Positions 50,960 to 62,050 of a DNA stretch of 64,000 nt are shown piece by piece; within the stretch, counting starts at the first letter, position 1; every line of letters starts with the position of its first letter. The translations under genes were made by a program, and so were the position numbers. The notes below the pieces were generated by a model. The model was not told the DNA's origin. It did not search any database and saw only the letters and a program-made list of their open reading frames with translations. Source of the stretch: Hypanus sabinus (Eukaryota); NCBI RefSeq assembly GCF_030144855.1, contig NC_082722.1, positions 27,032,001-27,096,000 of the forward strand. Direction: 5' to 3'.

Positions 50960-52385
50960 TGACACCAACCGAAGCAAACTATCCTGCACACAAATTGGAG
51001 CTACTGACATTGAAATGAGAGGTGGGGGGTAAATTAAGTGACACTGTCGTGCCAAGTTCTAGCTGATACCAACAACAATCCAATGCTTATATTCTCACTA
51101 CGACGGAATTGGATGCCACATGTCATCGCTGGTTGGCGGTGTTGTCTGCTTATGATTTCTGCCTTGCATGTCGGCCGGGAAGTGAGCAACAAAAGGACAG
51201 TGGGAGGGCACACATGCTTCTGTTGTTAAAATAATATGCCATCTGTTCACAGCTGGTAAATCAGAGCACAGACTTTACCTTCATCGAGCTGCTAGTTATT
51301 TGAGAGCTTCGAGCCATGCCATTCACCAAGCATATTGCAACTTGACCGCACTGAAAACGAAGTACCTGCCCCCCTTGAGTACTTCAGATTTGGCAGCTGC
51401 TCAGCAAGCCGACGCTGGTAAAGTTGCCATCTGGTTATCTGTTGTCAAAGCGGATATAGACCCAGTAGAGAAGAGCAATTACCCTGTCATACCCTATACC
51501 CGTGAGAAAATGGGACAAACTGGAGTTGAGCAGAAACGTTTCACACAGTGTTCCATCTCCCCCAGACAGACCTCGGCATTCCCAGTTGCATTTCACTGAA
51601 AGCAGTATCCGAAGATTGTTCTGAAGTCACGTCAGGTCATTCCGGATTTGACAAGACCAACGGATTGGTCTAAGATCGGTTTTATTGGACACGAGTGAAG
51701 TAGACGTTGAGAAATACTGTACGTCGTGCACCCAATGTATTCCAAGAGTGTCCATTAGACGCTGCAACTATCCCATTTACAAAGAAGTGGACGACTCGAC
51801 TTGGTGTGTATGTAATTCCTTTCTATACAGCCTAATTCTAGTAACACTGCTAACGTCTTGCTCATCATCGACCAATACACCAGTCATACTCAAGGCTTCT
51901 CTACTTAAGATCAAAAAGTATCCACAGTTGCTGAAGTATTATAGGATAAATATATTATTCATTATGGCCTCCCGAGAAGGATACGCTGTGAACAGACAAG
52001 GGATTTTGCGAGCCTGGTCAGATATGAGTTAATAAGTAGGCTTGGAGTTCAGAAGAGACAAAGACTACGCTATATCGCACTCAAGGTGATCCTCAGCCTG
52101 AAAGATTCAACAAGATATTGCTAGACATGCTTGGGACCCTGAATGCCAACAGAAAGAGAAAGTGGATCCAACATATTGGACATTTGATACACTGCTACAA
52201 CTGCACACAGAATGAATACACCGGGTACATGCCGGACTATTTGTCGTTCGGGCACGAAGCGAGCTTACCTGTAGACATTTGGTTTGGAACAGCTGGGGGG
52301 ACTGGCCGCAGAACACGTATCTCAAGTATGTATCTGACGTGACGAAAGAAATGAAAAAAGACTATGAGCTCGTAGTAGTTTCTAG
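50960..52385 (+). mobile_element. Gypsy integrase fragment
   Basis: VEKYCTSCTQC zinc finger; HYGLP…QGRDF, QGDPQPERFNKILLDMLGTL…HLIHCYNCT…FGHEASLPVD. Confidence 0.85.
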
Positions 52386-52619
52386 CAGATTGATCAGCAC
52401 AGTACTTTAGTTCTCGGCAGGTATCCCAGCTGGGCCGAATGCTTTCCATGGACTTACCGTCCTAAAGAGAGCTGTCAAATCGTTCAGAGAAATCACAGAA
52501 TCATCGGGGTCTGTGGCAGTTCGTGCTGTTTCCTTTATTTATTTTTTTTTTACTTTCGGCAAGCATAGAAAACATTTAGCTCATCTGGCCGCGAAGCATA
52601 TTTGTTACTTATGGCGCTT

Positions 52620-55180
52620 GATTTCAAAGCAACACACACAAAACGCTGGAGGAGCTCAGCAAGGCAGGTGCATCTATGAAAAAGAGTAAATAGTCAACGT
52701 TCAAGGTGGCAGATGATAGGTGGAAAACGGAGGCATGGAAGGGGAGAAGTGAAGAGTTGGGATTTTGATTGTAGAAAGAACTGAAGGGGTAGAGAAGGGG
52801 GAACCTGATAAGAGAGGACTGACGAAAGTGAAGGAGGAGTATCACCAGACTCAGGCGATGGGCCGGTGAAGTGATTGACGGAAACTAGAATGGGAAGTGA
52901 TGAGGGCGAGGGTGGAGGAATTAACGGAAGTTGATCCCATTAGTTTGGAGTCGACCCAGAGGGAATTTAAGGCCTTGCGCTTCCAACCTGAGTTTGGCAT
53001 GATTGTGGCAGTAGAGGAGAATGGGAAGTAGATTTGATATGAATGGCCACCGAGAAATTTCTCTTTTTTATGCTGGATGCGGAGGCAGTGGGGTGGAACA
53101 TGAGGTCAAGAGGAATCTCATTCTTGTGTGGCTGTGGAGGGATGGCGCGAAATGGAGGAGATGCGGGTGACGGCAGTGTTGATGGTGGAAGAACGGAAGT
53201 CTCTTTCCTTGAGGAAGGAGAACATCTCAGTAGTTCTAGAATGGAAAATCCTGTCATTACAGCAGATGCGGTGGAGATGAAGAATCGAAGAAAAAAGAAT
53301 GGCATTATTACAAATGATAGTGCAGGAAGAGGGATAGTCCAGATATATCAGTAGCTAGACTGACTGCAGCGATGGAGACAGAGATATCGAGAAAGGGGAG
53401 TCAAATTTCAGAAATGGAGTAAGTAATTTTGAGGGCAGGATGGACGTTGGAAGCAAAGTTGATGAAATTGAAAAGCTTAGTATGTGTGCAGGAAGCTGCA
53501 TCAAAACAGTTGTCAAAGTAGTGTTTCAAGAGTTGGGTAGAGATGCCGGTATAACCTTGGGATATTGGCTGTTCCACGTGGCCAACGAAATATCAGTCAT
53601 AGTTAGGACACAGGCGAGTGCTCACCGCTGCACCATGCGTTTGAAGGAAGTGAGAGGAGCCCAACGAGAAATAGTTGAAGCTGAGGACCAGGTCCGTCAG
53701 ACAGACGACAGTGGAACTGGCTTGTTTTGTTGTCCAGGAATAATTGGAGAGCGTCAAGACCATCCAAATGGTGAATAGAAGTGTACAGAGACTGGACATT
53801 CACAGTGAAAATAAAACGATCGATCATGGTACAGTGCGTGAAATACGCATTCCAATTCACGGTCCGGTCCAGTTATTATTCCAGGTTTTCTGGGTTTCCC
53901 CAGTTTCTGTTGAGGCAGCTCATTCATGTTTGGGCTGGCCTTATAAATAGCTTCAGGATTCAGCCTCTGGCTGCTGGATTGTCCCTGTCCAACACCCTAT
54001 CTAACACCCTGTCTGTATACCTTCCCTTTTGTCTTCCTGCCTGGTGGCTTGCCTTGCCTTGCCTCGCCTCGCCTCTGCCTAGAGGCTTGTCTTGGTTTGC
54101 CTCTGCCTGGATCCTTGCCTCGCCTCGCCTTGCCTCTGCCTGGAGCCTCCCCAAGTTTGAACTGTCTGTCTGTGTCCACGCCTTCGCTAGGTAGGTCCGG
54201 CCGTTTTGCCGCTACCTAGCGTTGGGAGCTGTCTCGTCGTGTTCAGCGTTATTTGTTAAGAGTCCCGTCCCTACGTCCTGTATCCAAGGAGGGGTCCCGG
54301 CTCTGTGTACTGTGTGATGAGTCCCGCCCCTACGTCCTGTACCAAAGGAGGGGTCCCGGCTCTGTGTTCTACGTTCCGGCCTCTTCCTCGACCTAGTCAA
54401 GTCTTTAGGGTCTCGTCCAGTCCTAGTCATGTCCCAGGTCCTTACTGTCCAAGCCACGGTTTTGTGCTCTTTTCTTGTCATGTGCCTTGCGCAGCCCAGG
54501 AGTACCTTGCCCAGCCCGGTGCTGGGGTTCCCTCGTTTTGTGCTGGTTTCCCTTGTCCTGTACCTGAATCTCATGTAAAGATTGTTGCCTCTCCTGGTCC
54601 TGTAGCCACGCCTTGTTCTCGCATAATTCTGGAGTCCGTGCCCGAGTCAATGCCTAGGTTCTGGGTCCTTTTCCGGTCTCTGGCTCGGAGACCAAGCCCA
54701 GACTTTTAGTTTCCTGTTCCATATCCTGGTGCCGATATCCTCGTCAAATCCTTGCACAGGCCCGGAATCCTTTGCTCGTCCAGGGCCTGTGTCGTGTCCA
54801 GCGTCCTCTCTTCTTCACTTCCCTTGCTTCCTTCTCACTCCTAGTCCTGTTCCTGGTAGTTCAGTGTCTGTGCCTTGTATTTGGGTCCACTCCCAACACC
54901 CCCGTTATGACACGATCTGGTCCAAGGGACATAAATTCATTGAAGAGATCGAGAGCGTGTGAAGCGTCAAGCATGTAAGTAAGCAGGGACTGAACCAAGA
55001 TTCCTTCCCTCCATTTTACTGTAAGTTCTTCCCTTTCCTGTCCAGTTCCCATGACAGATCTCGCCCCGAGCCGTGAAATGTTTATTATTTTGCATAAATG
55101 CTGCCTGGCATCCTGCGTTCCTCCAGCATATTGTGTGTGTTCCTTCGGATTTCCAGTATCTGAAGACTTTCTGGTTTGAT
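52620..55180 (-). mobile_element. Penelope-like element (paralog of 13452-14690), interrupted by a solo LTR
   Basis: Reverse complement of the left copy, including the same pLTR/RT internal junction. Confidence 0.82.
53822..54912 (+). mobile_element. Solo Gypsy-type LTR with 5-bp target-site duplication CGATC
   Basis: CGATC at 53817-53821 and 54913-54917; ends …CCCGTTATGACA; TTATAAATAG TATA-like box at 53941; internal short tandem repeats. Confidence 0.85.
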
Positions 55181-55940
55181 AGCGTTCATGCCCCGTCGCA
55201 ACTGTTGGGCTTCCTCCATTCATTCAAGTTTAATCCGAAATTGTCACTTCGCCCATGATATGCCTTTATGGACAATTTATATCATTATAGATCGCCTGTC
55301 TTGATTGCTTGTGATTTGACCTGAACAGACTGCAGATGCCGTGGTTCATCCCAGGGCTCCTGGATTCTCTTGTCTACAACTGTTTTTTTTTCACGCCTGT
55401 GATAACTGTAATGTATTCGTTCAGCATCACAGACAAGACTTTGAGCATAGACTCGAAGCAATCCCATGGCTGCTCATCTGCTTTCCGTGACCACCTCTTT
55501 GTTCTCCTAATCTCTGGATTCCTGCTCGTTTGCTTTTAGCTCTTTGCAGGCAGGAGACGGATGCTGAATTGATCAGATGTGGCTTTTGAGCTTGGAAGTG
55601 TAGGCATTCCTTTTCGTTTTATACAATAGTGGTGGTCTAATGTGCAGGCCTTCTGGTGCTACAGTTCATATGCTGAGAGTAATTGGGTAGAGTTTCCCTG
55701 ATAAAAAAACCCTATTGAAATCCCAGATAATGATCTGAAATGGGTAGGAATTAAGCTGTTTGGCGAAGGCAGCATACAGTATCTCTGTCGGAAGATGGTG
55801 GTATTTAAACTGCTCTCAGGATCATGAAGGAGAACTTCCTTGGTAAATAGAACGGCTGGCGTTTGATCGTTTGCTGCTCAAGTTCGGACAAGCAAGATGA
55901 CGACAAAGCTGCCACATCGGGGAAGCACAATTTATCATCA
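55180..55940 (-). mobile_element. Rex1/Babar endonuclease fragment (paralog of 12700-13445)
   Basis: Reverse complement aligns with 12705-13445. Confidence 0.8.
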
Positions 55941-58912
55941 TGGGACCCGTAGCGATAGGGCAGTGAAGAAAATGCATGGAGTAAAGCCAGATCTAACGTA
56001 TAGAGAGGCTTTGAGAAAAGAGCAGCATAATTAAGGCTATAAAGGTAGTAAGGTAGAAAGGGTAAAGTGTGTGTACTGCTATGAATGAAGCATCAGGAAC
56101 AAAAGTGATGAACTGAGAGCTTGGATACATACATGGTATTATGATGTAGTGGCCATTACGCAGACAAGGCTGGCACCAGGGCAGGAATGGATTCTCAATA
56201 TTCCTGGAATTCAGTGCTTTAAAAGGGATGAGGGGGTAAGGGAAGGAGGGGTGGCATTATTGTTCAGGGATACTATTACACCTACAGAAAGGATGGGTAA
56301 TGTAGCAGGATCCTCTTTTGAGCCCGTATGGGTGGAAGTCAGGAACAGGAATGGAGCCGTTACTCTACAGGGCGTATTTTATAGGCCCACTGGTAGAAGC
56401 AGAGATACCGAGGAACAGATTCGGAGGAAGATTTTGGAAAGGTGCAAAAATAACAGGGTTGTTACCATGGTTGACTTTAACTTCCCTAATATTGATTGGC
56501 ACTTGATTAGTTCCAAGGGTTTAGATGGGGCAGAATTTGTTAAGTGTGTCCAGGATGGATTCCTGTCACAGTATGTTGGCAGTCCGACCAGGGGGTATGC
56601 CATACTAGATCTAGTATTAGGTAATGAACCAGGTCAGGTCACAAATCTGTCAGTGGGTGAGCATCTGGGGGACAGTGATCACCGCTCCCTGACCATTAGA
56701 ATTATCATGGAAAAGGATAGAATCAGAGAGAACAGGAACATTTTTAATTGGGGAAGGGCAAATTATGAGTCTATAAGGCTAGAACTTGAGGGTGTGATTT
56801 GGGATGATGTTTTTACAGGGAAATGTACTATGGACGTGTGGTCGATGTTTAAGGATCTCTTGCAGGATATTAGGGATAAATTTGTCCCGGTGAGAGTGAT
56901 AAAGAATGGTAGGGTGAAGGAACCATGGGTGACAAGTGAAGTGGAAAATCTAGTCAGGTGGAAGAAGGCAGCATACATGAGGTATAGGAAGCAAGGATCA
57001 GATGGGTTTATTGAGGAATATAGGGTAGCAAGAACGGAGATTAAAAAGGGTGTGACAAGATCAAGAAGGGGTCACGAGAAGGCCTTGGCGAGAGGGTAAA
57101 GGAAAACCCAAGGCATTCTTCAATTATGTGAAGAACAAAAGGATGACAGGAGTATAGGATGGATTAGAGATAAAAGTGGGAAGATGTGCCTGGAGGCTGT
57201 GGAAGTGAGTGAGGTTCTCAATGAATACTTCTCTTCAGTATTCACCAATCAGAGGGAACTTGATGATGGTGAGGACAATATGAGTGAGGTTGATGTTCTG
57301 GAACATGTTGATATTAAGGGAGAGGAGGTGTTGGAGTTGTTAAAATACATTAGGACGGATAAGTCCTCGGGGCCTGACGGATTCTTCCCCAAGCTGTTTC
57401 ACCAGGTGAGGGAAGAGATTGCTGAGATTTTGGCTAGGATCTTTATGTCCTCCTTGTCCACAGGAATGGTACCGTTGGATTGGAGGGAGGCGAATGTTGT
57501 CCCCTTGTTCAAAAAGGGTAGTTGAGATAGTCCGGGTAATTATATATCAGTGAGACTTACGTCTGTGGTGGGAAAGCTGTTGGAATAGATTCTTAAACAT
57601 AGGATCTATGGGCATTTAGAGAATCATGGTCTGATCAGGGCCAGTCAGCATGGATTTGTGAAGGGCAGATCCTGCCTAACAAGCCTGATAGAGTTCTTTG
57701 AGGAGGTGACCAGGCATATAGATGAGGGTTGTGCAGTGGATGTGATCTACATGGATTTTAGTAAGGCATTTGACAAGGTTCTACACGGTAGGCTTAATCA
57801 GAAAGTCAGAAGGCATGGGATCCACGGATGTTTGGCCAGGTTGATTCAGAATTGGCTTGCCTGCAGAAGGCAGAGGGTTGTGGTGGAGGGAGTACATTCA
57901 GACTGGAGGGTTGTGACCAGTGATATCCCACAAGGATCTCTACTTTTCGTGATTTTTATTAACGACCTGGATGTGGGGGTAGAAGGGTGGGTTGGCAAGT
58001 TTGCAGACGACACAAAGATTGGTGGTGTTGTAGATCGTGTAAAGGATTGTCAAAGATTGCAGAGAGACATTGATAGAATGCAGAAGTGAGCTGAGCAGTG
58101 GTAGATGGATTTCAACCCGGAGAAGTGTGAGGTAGTACACTTTGGAAGGACAAACTCCAAGGCAGAGTACAAAGTAAATGGCAGCATACATGGTAGTATG
58201 GAGGAGCAGAGTGATCTGGGGGTACTTGTCCACGGATCCCGGAAAGTTGCCTCACAGGTAGATAGGGTAGTTAAGAAAGCTTATGGGGTGTTAGCTTTCA
58301 TAAGTCGAGTGATAATGTTCAAGAGACACGATGTAATGATGCAGCTCTCTGGAACTCTAGTTAGGCCACACTTTTATTGAGTCCAGTTCTGGAGTATTTA
58401 GTCCAGTTCTGTTTGCCTCACGGTAGGAAGGATGTGGAGGCATTGGAAAGGGTACAGAGGAGATTTACCAGGATGCTGCCTGGTTTTCAGAGTATGGATT
58501 ATCATCAGAGATTAAGGGAGCTAGGGCTTTACTCTTTGGAGTGAAGGAGGATGAGAGGAGACATGCCAGTGGTGTACAAGATATTAACAGGAGTAGACAG
58601 AGTGGACAGACAGAGCCTCTTCCCAGGGCACCACCGGTTAGTACAAGAGGACATGGCTTTAAGATAAGAGAGGGAAGTTCAGGGGGCATATTAGAGGAAG
58701 GTTTTTCACTCAGAGAGTGGTTGGTGCGTGGAATGCACTGCCTGAGTCAGTGGTGGAGGCAGACACACTAGTGAAGTTTAAGATACTAGTAGAAAAGTAT
58801 ATGGAGGAATTTAAGGTGGGGGGTTATATGTGAGGCAGGGTTTGAGGGTAAGCACAACATTGTGGGCTGAAGGGCCTGTAATGTGCTGTACTATTCTATG
58901 TTCTATGTTCTA
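55941..58912 (+). mobile_element. 5'-truncated CR1 (most of ORF2), inserted after the segmental duplication
   Basis: 316-aa ORF 56149-57099 (EN domain), RT motifs, TTCTATG tail; the flanks tttatcatc|…|aacagatacc are contiguous in the left paralog (~12697-12716). Confidence 0.92.
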
Positions 58913-59885
58913 AACAGATACCTCCACCTTTTCCGAACAACTAGTTCGGTCTGCCCTGTGTATCGAGAAGCCATCGGTCTGTTCGAATCTTATATTTCGT
59001 CGGAGTCTTGTTTAAGCACTGGCGGATCTGTTCCAGTGTTCAACACTACTTTACCTCAGGTGTGGATACCACTCGTTAGTTAAGCAGTTTAAAGCAACCT
59101 CGCAGGGTGCCAGAACGAGATTTGAAATATGATTTTCTTCATTGTTCTAGCCTTTTAGATTACATGGATTAAATCATATCAGTTGATTTCTGAAGAAATT
59201 TAGAAAGAAACCGAATAGTGATAAAGTAAAGCTGACCGATACTGATATGAGCTGCAGACAAAAAGGAAAGAAGATTCTCAGTTTCCGATTGGATCAGCCA
59301 TGATCGTGAGGAATATTAGTCTGATTGAACATCGAGTTTGTTTGTGAGAATGCAGGGAAGATGATAATGATTTAGGAGAGTGATGGTAATCACTTCCTCA
59401 GCTGGATCCACCTATTACTCTCCAACTCTTGCTCCACCTATTCCTGACATTTTAATACTGTCTATCTCTCCTCCTTCTTTACTTCCCTCCAGTTATAATG
59501 AAGAGTCTGGATACGAAACTTCAGCTTTTCACTTTTCTCCACAGATGCTGAGTGACCCAATTCAGAGAAACTTCACTGTACGACATCCAATGAAAACATA
59601 CCGTTTAAAAAGATCAAAATGGTTCCCAATTGTTGGTAAACGAGTCATTTTGCCTTGCTGCAGCACAGGTTTCTTTCTCATATACTAACTCCTCTGCATC
59701 AAAAGTTAACATTCTGTGGCCTGTCTCTAGGTTCATTTTAAGCTTTTATATTCCACAATCCAAGATCTTGGACAACAATTTCGCCAGTTGTAGGTAAACC
59801 CTCGCATACTCTGTCTCTCCCTGTCCCTCTCTTCTTCTGCCCCTCAGCTCCAAGGCATATGTGTTCACCACCTCCCCTCCGATTT

Positions 59886-60620
59886 CACTGGAGACGAATG
59901 AATTTACATCCTGAATACTTTTCGGTTTCTCTTATGGATTTTGTGCTGCTGATGATGAAATTCACCTTGAGGTTTTCCTATCAGGTACCATTTTTGTACC
60001 ATAATCGTCTATATTTATTATTTCAATTCATAATGCAATTCCACTAAAATGTTGTCCACGATGTAAGATGGAAAGTTTTCTTTTTCTCCAGGCATTAGGC
60101 AGGGCGGATGGCGCATGGCAGGGGAGGTTTCAGACAGATAGTAAAAGCACCGTGCACACTCCGTTCAATCCGTTGTGTTTAAGTTTACATCGGTCAGACA
60201 TCATGGTCATGCGCATGCTCTGCTGGTATATTGTGTATATTTATTTCAATCAAGTAAGTTTATTTTTCAGTAGTATTTGTGAAAGCCAAACCACTGTTGC
60301 ATCCATCACGATTTTTCTGTTATAATTGTGGCGAGTATAAGCTTAAACATCAACCACGGAGCGTGACTCGTCTTATTAAGAAAGCCTATAAGTTCTTCGA
60401 GTGTAAGATTAGTGACCAACTCAATGCCTGGGTTCTTCACATTTGTTGTTCAACAGGGGTTATCAATCTGAGAATGTGGCTCAGAGATATTCGGAAGGCA
60501 ATACCATTCGAGGTACCTATGACATGGCGAGAGCTAGTCCTGTCTTACCAATGTGTCTGATTTCTTTGTTACAAATAAGAGATCGATTGAATACTGCAAT
60601 CTCCTTTTACCATCGAGACC
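59886..60620 (+). mobile_element. Chapaev3-like transposon 5' part (paralog of 10040-11599)
   Basis: CACTGG terminus at 59886 with the same flank (cacctcccctcc) as the left copy; ORF FCYNCGEYKLK…KISDQLNAWVLHICC…PMTWRELVLS. Confidence 0.7.
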
Positions 60621-60952
60621 TGTGCCGTTGTTGCAAGTGAGTGACTAGGGACGAACCCACGTGCAAGACAAAGGAACGAGATGCGCTAGTACAGTTGTGA
60701 ACGTGGAACAGGTAACCAGGGGAATCTTGACTCGGAGACAAGTTTTATCAAGTAGATCCAGGTATTGGAGTGCAGCTCAGAACTAATAGACCCAATGGAT
60801 CCAGAAAAGAGGACACACATTAGAATCGACCAATGATCTAGCGACCCATGACTGTCCGCCAGATTTCTGTAATTCTCTAAGGGGAACCAGGTGCGCTGTA
60901 ATTAATTTAATTAGCAGCAAATAGATATCAGATGACGGGAATTAAGGCAGAA

Positions 60953-62050
60953 TGTCATAGCTGAGCATGGGGAGCAGACCAAAATGCAGGGCACAGACTC
61001 TGAACTGCCAGGAACAGGACTAGGCGGGAGAAGGAAGCAGGGGAAGTGAAGAAGAAGAAAGGACGCTGGACACGACACAGGCCCCGGACGAGACAAGGAC
61101 TCCGGGCTTAGGCTGGGACTCGACGAGGATGCGGAACCAGGACATGGGACTGGGAACTAGGAGCTTGGGCTTAAACTCCGAGCCAGAGACTGGACAAGGA
61201 CCCAGCACCTGGGTCTTAACTCGGGCTCGAATTCCAGAATCAGGCGAGGACAAGACGTGGTTACAGGACAAGGAGATGCACAGAACGGGACGAGAGACTC
61301 CAGGACGGGACAAATGAACCCCAGCACAGGACGAGGGAATCCCAGTACCGGGCTGGGCAATCTACTCCTGGGCTGGGCGAAGCGCATGTACAAGACGAGA
61401 ACACAGACTCTAGGTCGAGGGATGTACACCAGGACTGGAGGTGGGACAAGGGAACCCCAGCACTGGACGAGGGACCACCAGCAGCAGGCTGGGCAAGGTA
61501 GTCCTGGGCTGGAGAAGCACATGACAAGACGAGAACACAGACCCTAGGTCGAGGGATGTATACCAGGACTGGAGGTGGGACAAGGGAACCCCAACACTGG
61601 ACGAGGGACCCCCAGCAGCGGGCTGGGCAAGGTAGTCCTGGGCTGGGAGAAGCACATGACAAGACGAGAACACAAAGCCGTGACTTGGACAGGACAAGGA
61701 CCTTGATTGTGATTAGGACTGGACAAGACCCCGAAGCCTTGACTTGGTCGAGGAAAAGACAGGAACGCAGAGCCTTGATCGAGGAAGAACAGGAGCGCAG
61801 AACACAAAGCCTTTGTTCAGGGAGAGCAGGAAAGCAGAACTCTGGTTCGAGGAAGAGACAGGAACATGGAACACCGAGCCGGTACCCCTCCTTGGGTACA
61901 GGACGTAGGGCCGTGACTCCTTACACAGAACGCTGAACACGACCGGACAGTTCAACGCTAGTTTGCGGCAAAACGGCCGGACCTAGCGAAGGCATGGACA
62001 CAGACAGACAATACCAAACAGGGGGAGGCCCCTATCAGAGGCCTGGCAAG
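60953..62050 (-). mobile_element. Truncated LTR of the same family as 53822-54912, preceded by another LTR-like fragment (~60625-60952)
   Basis: Starts TGTCATAG…GACCAAAATGCAGGGCACAGAC, the reverse-complement orientation of the solo LTR. Confidence 0.75.
61317..61680. repeat. ~134-bp tandem repeat (about 2.7 copies) inside the LTR
   Basis: Units begin aacccc(a)gcac at ~61317, ~61452 and ~61586. Confidence 0.88.

Noticed and set aside
60911-61955. Multiple 80-130 aa ORFs over LTR repeats (also 8467-9255 and 53960-54978)
   Set aside because: Low-complexity by-products of GC-rich tandem LTR sequence, open in several frames.
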